From Eledone cirrhosa (lineage: Eukaryota), in the NCBI GenBank assembly GCA_964016885.1, contig OZ024744.1, forward strand, positions 109,678,001-109,742,000: a stretch of 64,000 nt of DNA, written 5' to 3'. Shown here in pieces: positions 15,001 to 31,899 of the stretch. The notes below the pieces were generated by a model. It was not told the DNA's origin. It did not search any database and was given only the letters and a program-made list of their open reading frames with translations. The position numbers were made by a program, and so were the translations under genes. Position 1 is the stretch's first letter. Each line of letters opens with the position of its first letter.

Positions 15001-18000
15001 GAACTAGAGAAATAATATCAGGCTGAACCAACAGAGGGAACTAGAGAAATAATATCAGGCTGAACCAATACAGGGAACTAGAGAAATAATATCAGACTGA
15101 ACCAATAGAGGGAACTAGAGAAATAATATCAGACTGAACCAATAGAGGGAACTAGAGAAATAATATCAGACTGAACCAATACAGGGAACTAGAGAAATAA
15201 TATCAGACTGAACCAATACAGGGAACTAGAGAAATAATATCAGACTGCACAAATACAGGGAACTAGAGAAATAATATCAGACTGAACCAATACAGGGAAC
15301 TAGAGAAATAATATCAGACTGAACCAATACAGGGAACTAGAGAAATAATATCAGACTGAACCAATACAGGGAACTAGAGAAATAATATCAGACTGAACCA
15401 ATACAGGGAACTAGAGAAATAATATCAGACTGAACCAATACAGGGAACTTGAGAAATAATATCAGACTGAACCAATACAGGGAACTAGAGAAATAATATC
15501 AGACTGAACCAATACAGGGAACTAGAGAAATAATATCAGACTGAACCAATAGAGGGAACTAGAGAAATAATATCAGACTGAACCAATACAGGGAACTAGA
15601 GAAATAATATCAGACTGAACCAACAGAGGGAACTAGAGAAATAATATCAGACTGAACCAATACAGGGAACTAGAGAAATAATATCAGACTGAACCAATAC
15701 AGGGAACTAGAGAATTAATATCAGACTGAACCAATACAGGGAACTAGAGAAATAATATCAGACTGAACCAATACAGGGAACTAGAGAAATAATATCAGAC
15801 TGAACCAATACAGGGAACTAGAGAAATAATATCAGACTGAACCAATAGAGGGAACTAGAGAAATAATATCAGACTGAACCAATACAAGGAACTACAGAAA
15901 TAATATCAGACTGAACCAATACAGGAAACTAGAGAAATAATATCAGACTGAACCAATACAGGGAACTAGAGAAATAATATCAGACTGAACCAATACAAGG
16001 AACTAGAGAAATAATATCAGACTGAACCAATACAAGGAACTACAGAAATAATATCAGACTGAACCAATACAGGAAACTAGAGAAATAATATCAGACTGAA
16101 CCAATACAGGGAACTAGAGAAATAATATCAGACTGAACCAATACAAGGAACTAGAGAAATAATATCAGACTGAACCAATACAAGGAACTACAGAAATAAT
16201 ATCAGACTGAACCAATACAGGGAACTAGAGAAATAATATCAGACTGAACCAATACAGGGGACTAGAGAAATAATATCAGACTGAACCAATACAGGGAACT
16301 AGAGAAATAATATCAGACTGAACCAATACAGGGAACTAGAGAAATAATATCAGACTGAACAAATACAGGGAACTTGAGAAATAATATCAGACTGAACCAA
16401 TACAGGGAACTAGAGAAATAATATCAGACTGAACAAATACAGGGAAGTTGAGAAATAATATCAGACTGAACCAATAGAGGGAACTAGAGAAATAATATCA
16501 GACTGAACCAATACAAGGAACTAGAGAAATAATATCACACTGAACCAATACAGGGAACTAGAGAAATAATATCAGACTGAACCAATACAAGGAACTAGAG
16601 AAATAATATCAGACTGAACCAATACAAGGAACTACAGAAATAATATCAGACTGAACCAATAGAGGGAACTAGAGAAATAATATCACACTGAACCAATACA
16701 GGGAACTAGAGAAATAATATCAGACTGAATCAATACAAGGAACTAGAGAAATAATATCAGACTGAACCAATACAAGGAACTACAGAAATAATATCAGACT
16801 GAACCAATACAGGGAACTAGAGAAATAATATCAGACTGAAACCAATAGATGGAACTAGAGAAATAATATCAGACTGAACCAATAGAGGGGACTAGAGAAA
16901 TAATATCAGACTGAACCAACAGAGGGAACTAGAGAAATAATATCAGGCTGAACCAATACAGGGAACTAGAGAAATAATATCAGGCTGAACCAATACAGGG
17001 AACTAGAGAAATAATATCAGACTGAACCAATACAGGGAACTAGAGAAATAATATCAGACTGCACAAATACAGGGAACTAGAGAAATAATATCAGACTGAA
17101 CCAATACAGGGAACTAGAGAAATAATATCAGACTGAACCAATACAGGGAACTAGAGAAATAATATCAGACTGAACCAATACAGGGAACTAGAGAAATAAT
17201 ATCAGACTGAACCAATACAGGGAACTAGAGAAATAATATCAGACTGAACCAATACAGGGAACTTGAGAAATAATATCAGACTGAACCAATACAGGGAACT
17301 AGAGAAATAATATCAGACTGAACCAATACAGGGAACTAGAGAAATAATATCAGACTGAACCAATAGAGGGAACTAGAGAAATAATATCAGACTGAACCAA
17401 TACAGGGAACTAGAGAAATAATATCAGACTGAACCAACAGAGGGAACTAGAGAAATAATATCAGACTGAACCAATACAGGGAACTAGAGAAATAATATCA
17501 GACTGAACCAATACAGGGAACTAGAGAATTAATATCAGACTGAACCAATACAGGGAACTAGAGAAATAATATCAGACTGAACCAATACAGGGAACTAGAG
17601 AAATAATATCAGACTGAACCAATACAGGGAACTAGAGAAATAATATCAGACTGAACCAATAGAGGGAACTAGAGAAATAATATCAGACTGAACCAATACA
17701 AGGAACTACAGAAATAATATCAGACTGAACCAATACAGGAAACTAGAGAAATAATATCAGACTGAACCAATACAGGGAACTAGAGAAATAATATCAGACT
17801 GAACCAATACAAGGAACTAGAGAAATAATATCAGACTGAACCAATACAAGGAACTACAGAAATAATATCAGACTGAACCAATACAGGAAACTAGAGAAAT
17901 AATATCAGACTGAACCAATACAGGGAACTAGAGAAATAATATCAGACTGAACCAATACAAGGAACTAGAGAAATAATATCAGACTGAACCAATACAAGGA

Positions 18001-21000
18001 ACTACAGAAATAATATCAGACTGAACCAATACAGGGAACTAGAGAAATAATATCAGACTGAACCAATACAGGGAACTAGAGAAATAATATCAGACTGAAC
18101 CAATACAGGGAACTAGAGAAATAATATCAGACTGAACCAATAGAGGGAACTTGAGAAATAATATCAGACTGAACCAATACAGGGAACTAGATAAATAATA
18201 TCAGACTGAACCAATAGAGGGAACTAGAGAAATAATATCAGACTGAACCAATACAAGGAACTACAGAAATAATATCAGACTGAACCAATACAGGAAACTA
18301 GAGAAATAATATCAGACTGAACCAATACAGGGAACTAGAGAAATAATATCAGACTGAACCAATACAAGGAACTAGAGAAATAATATCAGACTGAACCAAT
18401 ACAAGGAACTACAGAAATAATATCAGACTGAACCAATACAGGAAACTAGAGAAATAATATCAGACTGAACCAATACAGGGAACTAGAGAAATAATATCAG
18501 ACTGAACCAATACAAGGAACTAGAGAAATAATATCAGACTGAACCAATACAAGGAACTACAGAAATAATATCAGACTGAACCAATACAGGGAACTGGAGA
18601 AATAATATCAGACTGAACCAATACAGGGGACTAGAGAAATAATATCAGACTGAACCAATACAGGGAACTAGAGAAATAATATCAGACTGAACCAATACAG
18701 GGAACTAGAGAAATAATATCAGACTGAACAAATACAGGGAACTTGAGAAATAATATCAGACTGAACCAATACAGGGAACTAGAGAAATAATATCAGACTG
18801 AACAAATACAGGGAAGTTGAGAAATAATATCAGACTGAACCAATAGAGGGAACTAGAGAAATAATATCAGACTGAACCAATACAAGGAACTAGAGAAATA
18901 ATATCACACTGAACCAATACAGGGAACTAGAGAAATAATATCAGACTGAACCAATACAAGGAACTAGAGAAATAATATCAGACTGAACCAATACAAGGAA
19001 CTACAGAAATAATATCAGACTGAACCAATAGAGGGAACTAGAGAAATAATATCACACTGAACCAATACAGGGAACTAGAGAAATAATATCAGACTGAATC
19101 AATACAAGGAACTAGAGAAATAATATCAGACTGAACCAATACAAGGAACTACAGAAATAATATCAGACTGAACCAATACAGGGAACTAGAGAAATAATAT
19201 CAGACTGAACCAATACAGGGAACTAGAGAAATAATATCAGACTGAACCAATACAGGGAACTCGAGAAATAATATCAGACTGAACCAATACAGGGAACTTG
19301 AGAAATAATATCAGACTGAACCAATACAGGGAACTAGAGAAAGAATATCAGACTGAACCAATACAGGGAACTAGAGAAATAATATCAGACTGAACCAATA
19401 GAGGGAACTAGAGAAATAATATCAGACTGAACCAATACAGGGAACTAGAGAAATAATATCAGACTGAACCAATACAGGGAACTAGAGAAATAATATCAGA
19501 CTGAACAAATACAGGGAACTTGAGAAATAATATCAGACTGAACCAATAGAGGGAACTAGAGAAATAATATCAGACTGAACCAATACAGGGAACTAGAGAA
19601 ATAATATCAGACTGAACCAATACAGGGAACTAGAGAAATAATATCAGACTGAACCAATACAGGGAACTAGAGAAATAATATCAGACTGAACCAATAGAGG
19701 GAACTAGAGAAATAATATCAGACTGAACCAATACAAGGAACTACAGAAATAATATCAGACTGAACCAATACAGGAAACTAGAGAAATAATATCAGACTGA
19801 ACCAATACAGGGAAGAAGAGAAATAATATCAGACTGAACCAATACAAGGAACTAGAGAAATAATATCAGACTGAACCAATACAAGGAACTACAGAAATAA
19901 TATCAGACTGAACCAATACAGGAAACTAGAGAAATAATATCAGACTGAACCAATACAGGGAACTAGAGAAATAATATCAGACTGAACCAATACAAGGAAC
20001 TAGAGAAATAATATCAGACTGAACCAATACAAGGAACTACAGAAATAATATCAGACTGAACCAATACAGGGAACTAGAGAAATAATATCAGACTGAACCA
20101 ATACAGGGGACTAGAGAATTAATATCAGACTGAACCAATACAGGGAACTAGAGAAATAATATCAGACTGAACCAATACAGGGAACTAGAGAAATAATATC
20201 AGACTGAACAAATACAGGGAACTTGAGAAATAATATCAGACTGAACCAATACAGGGAACTAGAGAAATAATATCAGACTGAACAAATACAGGGAAGTTGA
20301 GAAATAATATCAGACTGAACCAATAGAGGGAACTAGAGAAATAATATCAGACTGAACCAATACAAGGAACTAGAGAAATAATATCACACTGAACCAATAC
20401 AGGGAACTAGAGAAATAATATCAGACTGAACCAATACAAGGAACTAGAGAAATAATATCAGACTGAACCAATACAAGGAACTACAGAAATAATATCAGAC
20501 TGAACCAATAGAGGGAACTAGAGAAATAATATCACACTGAACCAATACAGGGAACTAGAGAAATAATATCAGACTGAATCAATACAAGGAACTAGAGAAA
20601 TAATATCAGACTGAACCAATACAAGGAACTACAGAAATAATATCAGACTGAACCAATACAGGGAACTAGAGAAATAATATCAGACTGAAACCAATAGAGG
20701 GAACTAGAGAAATAATATCAGACTGAACCAATAGAGGGGACTAGAGAAATAATATCAGACTGAACCAACAGAGGGAACTAGAGAAATAATATCAGGCTGA
20801 ACCAACAGAGGGAACTAGAGAAATAATATCAGGCTGAACCAATACAGGGAACTAGAGAAATAATATCAGACTGAACCAATACAGGGAACTAGAGAAATAA
20901 TATCAGACTGAACCAATACAGGGAACTAGAGAAATAATATCAGACTGAACCAATACAGGGAACTAGAGAAATAATATCAGACTGAACCAATAGAGGGAAC

Positions 21001-23648
21001 TAGAGAAATAATATCAGACTGAACCAATAGAGGGAACTAGAGAAATAATATCAGACTGAACCAATACAGGGAACTAGAGAAATAATATCAGACTGAACCA
21101 ATACAGGGAACTAGAGAAATAATATCAGACTGCACAAATACAGGGAACTAGAGAAATAATATCAGACTGAACCAATACAGGGAACTAGAGAAATAATATC
21201 AGACTGAACCAATACAGGGAACTAGAGAAATAATATCAGACTGAACCAATACAGGGAACTAGAGAAATAATATCAGACTGAACCAATACAGGGAACTAGA
21301 GAAATAATATCAGACTGAACCAATACAGGGAACTTGAGAAATAATATCAGACTGAACCAATACAGGGAACTAGAGAAATAATATCAGACTGAACCAATAC
21401 AGGGAACTAGAGAAATAATATCAGACTGAACCAATAGAGGGAACTAGAGAAATAATATCAGACTGAACCAATACAGGGAACTAGAGAAATAATATCAGAC
21501 TGAACCAACAGAGGGAACTAGAGAAATAATATCAGACTGAACCAATACAGGGAACTAGAGAAATAATATCAGACTGAACCAATACAGGGAACTAGAGAAT
21601 TAATATCAGACTGAACCAATACAGGGAACTAGAGAAATAATATCAGACTGAACCAATACAGGGAACTAGAGAAATAATATCAGACTGAACCAATACAGGG
21701 AACTAGAGAAATAATATCAGACTGAACCAATAGAGGGAACTAGAGAAATAATATCAGACTGAACCAATACAAGGAACTACAGAAATAATATCAGACTGAA
21801 CCAATACAGGAAACTAGAGAAATAATATCAGACTGAACCAATACAGGGAACTAGAGAAATAATATCAGACTGAACCAATACAAGGAACTAGAGAAATAAT
21901 ATCAGACTGAACCAATACAAGGAACTACAGAAATAATATCAGACTGAACCAATACAGGAAACTAGAGAAATAATATCAGACTGAACCAATACAGGGAACT
22001 AGAGAAATAATATCAGACTGAACCAATACAAGGAACTAGAGAAATAATATCAGACTGAACCAATACAAGGAACTACAGAAATAATATCAGACTGAACCAA
22101 TACAGGGAACTAGAGAAATAATATCAGACTGAACCAATACAGGGGACTAGAGAAATAATATCAGACTGAACCAATACAGGGAACTAGAGAAATAATATCA
22201 GACTGAACCAATACAGGGAACTAGAGAAATAATATCAGACTGAACAAATACAGGGAACTTGAGAAATAATATCAGACTGAACCAATACAGGGAACTAGAG
22301 AAATAATATCAGACTGAACAAATACAGGGAAGTTGAGAAATAATATCAGACTGAACCAATAGAGGGAACTAGAGAAATAATATCAGACTGAACCAATACA
22401 AGGAACTAGAGAAATAATATCACACTGAACCAATACAGGGAACTAGAGAAATAATATCAGACTGAACCAATACAAGGAACTAGAGAAATAATATCAGACT
22501 GAACCAATACAAGGAACTACAGAAATAATATCAGACTGAACCAATAGAGGGAACTAGAGAAATAATATCACACTGAACCAATACAGGGAACTAGAGAAAT
22601 AATATCAGACTGAATCAATACAAGGAACTAGAGAAATAATATCAGACTGAACCAATACAAGGAACTACAGAAATAATATCAGACTGAACCAATACAGGGA
22701 ACTAGAGAAATAATATCAGACTGAAACCAATAGAGGGAACTAGAGAAATAATATCAGGCTGAACCAATAGAGGGGACTAGAGAAATAATATCAGACTGAA
22801 CCAATACAGGGAACTAGAGAAATAATATCAGACTGAAACCAATAGAGGGAACTAGAGAAATAATATCAGGCTGAACCAATACAGGGAACTAGAGAAATAA
22901 TATCAGACTGAACCAATAGAGGGAACTAGAGAAATAATATCAGACTGAACCAATAGAGGGAACTAGAGAAATAATATCAGACTGAACCAATACAGGGAAC
23001 TAGAGAAATAATATCAGACTGAACCAATACAGGGAACTAGAGAAATAATATCAGACTGCACAAATACAGGGAACTAGAGAAATAATATCAGACTGAACCA
23101 ATACAGGGAACTAGAGAAATAATATCAGACTGAACCAATACAGGGAACTAGAGAAATAATATCAGACTGAACCAATACAGGGAACTAGAGAAATAATATC
23201 AGACTGAACCAATACAGGGAACTAGAGAAATAATATCAGACTGAACCAATACAGGGAACTTGAGAAATAATATCAGACTGAACCAATACAGGGAACTAGA
23301 GAAATAATATCAGACTGAACCAATACAGGGAACTAGAGAAATAATATCAGACTGAACCAATAGAGGGAACTAGAGAAATAATATCAGACTGAACCAATAC
23401 AGGGAACTAGAGAAATAATATCAGACTGAACCAACAGAGGGAACTAGAGAAATAATATCAGACTGAACCAATACAGGGAACTAGAGAAATAATATCAGAC
23501 TGAACCAATACAGGGAACTAGAGAATTAATATCAGACTGAACCAATACAGGGAACTAGAGAAATAATATCAGACTGAACCAATACAGGGAACTAGAGAAA
23601 TAATATCAGACTGAACCAATACAGGGAACTAGAGAAATAATATCAGAC

Positions 23649-26600
23649 TGAACCAATAGAGGGAACTAGAGAAATAATATCAGACTGAACCAATACAAGG
23701 AACTACAGAAATAATATCAGACTGAACCAATACAGGAAACTAGAGAAATAATATCAGACTGAACCAATACAGGGAACTAGAGAAATAATATCAGACTGAA
23801 CCAATACAAGGAACTAGAGAAATAATATCAGACTGAACCAATACAAGGAACTACAGAAATAATATCAGACTGAACCAATACAGGAAACTAGAGAAATAAT
23901 ATCAGACTGAACCAATACAGGGAACTAGAGAAATAATATCAGACTGAACCAATACAAGGAACTAGAGAAATAATATCAGACTGAACCAATACAAGGAACT
24001 ACAGAAATAATATCAGACTGAACCAATACAGGGAACTAGAGAAATCATATCAGACTGAACCAATACAGGGAACTAGAGAAATAATATCAGACTGAACCAA
24101 TACAGGGAACTAGAGAAATAATATCAGACTGAACCAATAGAGGGAACTTGAGAAATAATATCAGACTGAACCAATACAGGGAACTAGATAAATAATATCA
24201 GACTGAACCAATAGAGGGAACTAGAGAAATAATATCAGACTGAACCAATACAAGGAACTACAGAAATAATATCAGACTGAACCAATACAGGAAACTAGAG
24301 AAATAATATCAGACTGAACCAATACAGGGAACTAGAGAAATAATATCAGACTGAACCAATACAAGGAACTAGAGAAATAATATCAGACTGAACCAATACA
24401 GGAAACTAGAGAAATAATATCAGACTGAACCAATACAGGGAACTAGAGAAATAATATCAGACTGAACCAATACAAGGAACTAGAGAAATAATATCAGACT
24501 GAACCAATACAAGGAACTACAGAAATAATATCAGACTGAACCAATACAGGGAACTAGAGAAATAATATCAGACTGAACCAATACAGGGGACTAGAGAAAT
24601 AATATCAGACTGAACCAATACAGGGAACTAGAGAAATAATATCAGACTGAACCAATACAGGGAACTAGAGAAATAATATCAGACTGAACAAATACAGGGA
24701 ACTTGAGAAATAATATCAGACTGAACCAATACAGGGAACTAGAGAAATAATATCAGACTGAACAAATACAGGGAAGTTGAGAAATAATATCAGACTGAAC
24801 CAATAGAGGGAACTAGAGAAATAAAATCAGACTGAACCAATACAAGGAACTAGAGAAATAATATCACACTGAACCAATACAGGGAACTAGAGAAATAATA
24901 TCAGACTGAACCAATACAAGGAACTAGAGAAATAATATCAGACTGAACCAATACAAGGAACTACAGAAATAATATCAGACTGAACCAATAGAGGGAACTA
25001 GAGAAATAATATCACACTGAACCAATACAGGGAACTAGAGAAATAATATCAGACTGAATCAATACAAGGAACTAGAGAAATAATATCAGACTGAACCAAT
25101 ACAAGGAACTACAGAAATAATATCAGACTGAACCAATACAGGGAACTAGAGAAATAATATCAGACTGAAACCAATAGAGGGAACTAGAGAAATAATATCA
25201 GACTGAACCAATAGAGGGGACTAGAGAAATAATATCAGACTGAACCAACAGAGGGAACTAGAGAAATAATATTAGGCTGAACCAACAGAGGGAACTAGAG
25301 AAATAATATCAGGCTGAACCAATACAGGGAACTAGAGAAATAATATCAGACTGAACCAATAGAGGGAACTAGAGAAATAATATCAGACTGAACCAATACA
25401 AGGAACTACAGAAATAATATCAGACTGAACCAATACAGGAAACTAGAGAAATAATATCAGACTGAACCAATACAGGGAACTAGAGAAATAATATCAGACT
25501 GAACCAATACAAGGAACTAGAGAAATAATATCAGACTGAACCAATACAAGGAACTACAGAAATAATATCAGACTGAACCAATACAGGAAACTAGAGAAAT
25601 AATATCAGACTGAACCAATACAGGGAACTAGAGAAATAATATCAGACTGAACCAATACAAGGAACTAGAGAAATAATATCAGACTGAACCAATACAAGGA
25701 ACTACAGAAATAATATCAGACTGAACCAATACAGGGAACTAGAGAAATCATATCAGACTGAACCAATACAGGGAACTAGAGAAATAATATCAGACTGAAC
25801 CAATACAGGGAACTAGAGAAATAATATCAGACTGAACCAATAGAGGGAACTTGAGAAATAATATCAGACTGAACCAATACAGGGAACTAGATAAATAATA
25901 TCAGACTGAACCAATAGAGGGAACTAGAGAAATAATATCAGACTGAACCAATACAAGGAACTACAGAAATAATATCAGACTGAACCAATACAGGAAACTA
26001 GAGAAATAATATCAGACTGAACCAATACAGGGAACTAGAGAAATAATATCAGACTGAACCAATACAAGGAACTAGAGAAATAATATCAGACTGAACCAAT
26101 ACAGGAAACTAGAGAAATAATATCAGACTGAACCAATACAGGGAACTAGAGAAATAATATCAGACTGAACCAATACAAGGAACTAGAGAAATAATATCAG
26201 ACTGAACCAATACAAGGAACTACAGAAATAATATCAGACTGAACCAATACAGGGAACTAGAGAAATAATATCAGACTGAACCAATACAGGGGACTAGAGA
26301 AATAATATCAGACTGAACCAATACAGGGAACTAGAGAAATAATATCAGACTGAACCAATACAGGGAACTAGAGAAATAATATCAGACTGAACAAATACAG
26401 GGAACTTGAGAAATAATATCAGACTGAACCAATACAGGGAACTAGAGAAATAATATCAGACTGAACAAATACAGGGAAGTTGAGAAATAATATCAGACTG
26501 AACCAATAGAGGGAACTAGAGAAATAAAATCAGACTGAACCAATACAAGGAACTAGAGAAATAATATCACACTGAACCAATACAGGGAACTAGAGAAATA

Positions 26601-27054
26601 ATATCAGACTGAACCAATACAAGGAACTAGAGAAATAATATCAGACTGAACCAATACAAGGAACTACAGAAATAATATCAGACTGAACCAATAGAGGGAA
26701 CTAGAGAAATAATATCACACTGAACCAATACAGGGAACTAGAGAAATAATATCAGACTGAATCAATACAAGGAACTAGAGAAATAATATCAGACTGAACC
26801 AATACAAGGAACTACAGAAATAATATCAGACTGAACCAATACAGGGAACTAGAGAAATAATATCAGACTGAAACCAATAGAGGGAACTAGAGAAATAATA
26901 TCAGACTGAACCAATAGAGGGGACTAGAGAAATAATATCAGACTGAACCAACAGAGGGAACTAGAGAAATAATATTAGGCTGAACCAACAGAGGGAACTA
27001 GAGAAATAATATCAGGCTGAACCAATACAGGGAACTAGAGAAATAATATCAGAC
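23649..27054. repeat. Recent tandem duplication of a 46-monomer block (1703 bp)
   Basis: Rare variants at a 1703 bp offset: AAATCATAT (24046/25749), ATAAAATC (~24821/26524), ATTAGGCT (~25271/26974), 38-bp marker (25166/26869). Confidence 0.9.
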
Positions 27055-30000
27055 TGAACCAATAGAGGGAACTAGAGAAATAATATCAGACTGAACCAAT
27101 AGAGGGAACTAGAGAAATAATATCAGACTGAACCAATACAGGGAACTAGAGAAATAATATCAGACTGAACCAATACAGGGAACTAGAGAAATAATATCAG
27201 ACTGCACAAATACAGGGAACTAGAGAAATAATATCAGACTGAACCAATACAGGGAACTAGAGAAATAATATCAGACTGAACCAATACAGGGAACTAGAGA
27301 AATAATATCAGACTGAACCAATACAGGGAACTAGAGAAATAATATCAGACTGAACCAATACAGGGAACTAGAGAAATAATATCAGACTGAACCAATACAG
27401 GGAACTTGAGAAATAATATCAGACTGAACCAATACAGGGAACTAGAGAAATAATATCAGACTGAACCAATACAGGGAACTAGAGAAATAATATCAGACTG
27501 AACCAATAGAGGGAACTAGAGAAATAATATCAGACTGAACCAATACAGGGAACTAGAGAAATAATATCAGACTGAACCAACAGAGGGAACTAGAGAAATA
27601 ATATCAGACTGAACCAATACAGGGAACTAGAGAAATAATATCAGACTGAACCAATACAGGGAACTAGAGAATTAATATCAGACTGAACCAATACAGGGAA
27701 CTAGAGAAATAATATCAGACTGAACCAATACAGGGAACTAGAGAAATAATATCAGACTGAACCAATACAGGGAACTAGAGAAATAATATCAGACTGAACC
27801 AATAGAGGGAACTAGAGAAATAATATCAGACTGAACCAATACAGGGAACTAGAGAAATAATATCAGACTGAACCAATAGAGGGAACTAGAGAAATAATAT
27901 CAGACTGAACCAATACAGGGAACTTGAGAAATAATATCAGACTGAACCAATAGAGGGAACTAGAGAAATAATATCAGACTGAACCAATACAGGGAACTAG
28001 AGAAATAATATCAGACAAAACCAATACAGGGAACTAGAGAAATAATATCAGGCTGAACCAATACAGGGAACTAGAGAAATAATATCAGACTGAACCAACA
28101 CAGGGAACTTGAGAAATAATATCAGACTGAACCAATAGAGGGAACTAGAGAAATAATATCAGACTGAACCAATACAGGGAACTAGAGAAATAATATCAGA
28201 CTGAACCAATACAGGGAACTAGAGAAATAATATCAGGCCGAACCAATACAGGGAACTAGAGAAATAATATCAGACTGAACCAATAGAGGGAACTAGAGAA
28301 ATAATATCAGACTGAACCAATACAGGGAACTAGAGAAATAATATCAGACTGAACCAATACAGGGAACTAGAGAAATAATATCAGGCTGAACCAATACAGG
28401 GAACTAGAGAAATAATATCAGATTGAACCAATAGAGGGAACTAGAGAAATAATATCACACTGAACCAATACAGGGAACTAGAGAAATAATATCAGACTGA
28501 ACCAATAGAGGGAACTAGAGAAATAATATCAGATTGAACCAATACAGGGAACTAGAGAAATAATATCAGACTGAACCAATAGAGGGAACTAGAGAAATAA
28601 TATCAGATTGAACCAATACAAGGAACTAGAGAAATAATATCAGACTGAACCAATACAAGGAACTACAGAAATAATATCAGACTGAACCAATAGAGGGAAC
28701 TAGAGAAATAATATCACACTGAACCAATACAGGGAACTAGAGAAATAATATCAGACTGAATCAATACAAGGAACTAGAGAAATAATATCAGACTGAACCA
28801 ATACAAGGAACTACAGAAATAATATCAGACTGAACCAATACAGGGAACTAGAGAAATAATATCAGACTGAAACCAATAGAGGGAACTAGAGAAATAATAT
28901 CAGACTGAACCAATAGAGGGGACTAGAGAAATAATATCAGACTGAACCAACAGAGGGAACTAGAGAAATAATATCAGGCTGAACCAACAGAGGGAACTAG
29001 AGAAATAATATCAGGCTGAACCAATACAGGGAACTAGAGAAATAATATCAGACTGAACCAATAGAGGGAACTAGAGAAATAATATCAGACTGAACCAATA
29101 GAGGGAACTAGAGAAATAATATCAGACTGAACCAATACAGGGAACTAGAGAAATAATATCAGACTGAACCAATACAGGGAACTAGAGAAATAATATCAGA
29201 CTGCACAAATACAGGGAACTAGAGAAATAATATCAGACTGAACCAATACAGGGAACTAGAGAAATAATATCAGACTGAACCAATACAGGGAACTAGAGAA
29301 ATAATATCAGACTGAACCAATACAGGGAACTAGAGAAATAATATCAGACTGAACCAATACAGGGAACTAGAGAAATAATATCAGACTGAACCAATACAGG
29401 GAACTTGAGAAATAATATCAGACTGAACCAATACAGGGAACTAGAGAAATAATATCAGACTGAACCAATACAGGGAACTAGAGAAATAATATCAGACTGA
29501 ACCAATAGAGGGAACTAGAGAAATAATATCAGACTGAACCAATACAGGGAACTAGAGAAATAATATCAGACTGAACCAACAGAGGGAACTAGAGAAATAA
29601 TATCAGACTGAACCAATACAGGGAACTAGAGAAATAATATCAGACTGAACCAATACAGGGAACTAGAGAATTAATATCAGACTGAACCAATACAGGGAAC
29701 TAGAGAAATAATATCAGACTGAACCAATACAGGGAACTAGAGAAATAATATCAGACTGAACCAATACAGGGAACTAGAGAAATAATATCAGACTGAACCA
29801 ATAGAGGGAACTAGAGAAATAATATCAGACTGAACCAATACAAGGAACTACAGAAATAATATCAGACTGAACCAATACAGGAAACTAGAGAAATAATATC
29901 AGACTGAACCAATACAGGGAACTAGAGAAATAATATCAGACTGAACCAATACAAGGAACTACAGAAATAATATCAGACTGAACCAATACAGGGAACTAGA

Positions 30001-31899
30001 GAAATAATATCAGACTGAAACCAATAGAGGGAACTAGAGAAATAATATCAGGCTGAACCAATAGAGGGGACTAGAGAAATAATATCAGACTGAACCAACA
30101 GAGGGAACTAGAGAAATAATATCAGGCTGAACCAACAGAGGGAACTAGAGAAATAATATCAGGCTGAACCAATACAGGGAACTAGAGAAATAATATCAGA
30201 CTGAACCAATACAGGGAACTAGAGAAATAATATCAGACTGAACCAATAGAGGGAACTAGAGAAATAATATCAGACTGAACCAATACAGGGAACTAGAGAA
30301 ATAATATCAGACTGAACCAACAGAGGGAACTAGAGAAATAATATCAGGCTGAACCAATACAGGGAACTAGAGAAATAATATCAGACTGAACCAACAGAGG
30401 GAACTAGAGAAATAATATCAGGCTGAACCAATACAAGGAACTACAGAAATAATATCAGACTGAACCAATACAGGGAACTAGAGAAATAATATCAGACTGA
30501 AACCAATAGAGGGAACTAGAGAAATAATATCAGGCTGAACCAATAGAGGGGACTAGAGAAATAATATCAGACTGAACCAACAGAGGGAACTAGAGAAATA
30601 ATATCAGGCTGAACCAACAGAGGGAACTAGAGAAATAATATCAGGCTGAACCAATACAGGGAACTAGAGAAATAATATCAGACTGAACCAATACAGGGAA
30701 CTAGAGAAATAATATCAGACTGAACCAATACAGGGAACTAGAGAAATAATATCAGACTGAACCAATAGAGGGAACTAGAGAAATAATATCAGACTGAACC
30801 AATACAGGGAACTAGAGAAATAATATCAGACTGAACCAATACAGGGAACTAGAGAAATAATATCAGGCTGAACCAATACAGGGAACTAGAGAAATAATAT
30901 CAGACTGAACCAATAGAGGGAACTAGAGAAATAATATCAGACTGAACCAATATAGGGAACTAGAGAAATAATATCAGACTGAACCAATACAGGGAACTAG
31001 AGAAATAATATCAGACTGAACCAATACAGGGAACTAGAGAAATAATATCAGACTGAACCAACAGAGGGAACTAGAGAAATAATATCAGGCTGAACCAACA
31101 GAGGGAACTAGAGAAATAATATCAGGCTGAACCAATACAGGGAACTAGAGAAATAATATCAGACTGAACCAATACAGGGAACTAGAGAAATAATATCAGA
31201 CTGAACCAACAGAGGGAACTAGAGAAATAATATCAGACTGAACCAACAGAGGGAACTAGAGAAATAATATCAGGCTGAACCAATAGAGGGAACTAGAGAA
31301 ATAATATCAGGCTGAACCAACAGAGGGAACTAGAGAAATAATATCAGGCTGAACCAACAGAGGGAACTAGAGAAATAATATCAGGCTGAACCAATACAGG
31401 GAACTAGAGAAATAATATCAGACTGAACCAACAGAGGGAACTAGAGAAATAATATCAGACTGAACCAATACAAGGAACTAGAGAAATAATATCAGACTGA
31501 ACCAACAGAGGGAACTAGAGAAATAATATCAGGCTGAACCAATAGAGGGAACTAGAGAAATAATATCAGGCTGAACCAACAGAGGGAACTAGAGAAATAA
31601 TATCAGGCTGAACCAATACAGGGAACTAGAGAAATAATATCAGACTGAACCAACAGAGGGAACTAGAGAAATAATATCAGACTGAACCAATACAGGGAAC
31701 TAGAGAAATAATATCAGACTGAACCAATACAGGGAACTAGAGAAATAATATCAGACTGAACCAATAGAGGGAACTAGAGAAATAATATCAGACTGAACCA
31801 ATACAGGGAACTAGAGAAATAATATCAGACTGAACCAACAGAGGGAACTAGAGAAATAATATCAGACTGAACCAATACAGGGAACTATAGAAATAATAT

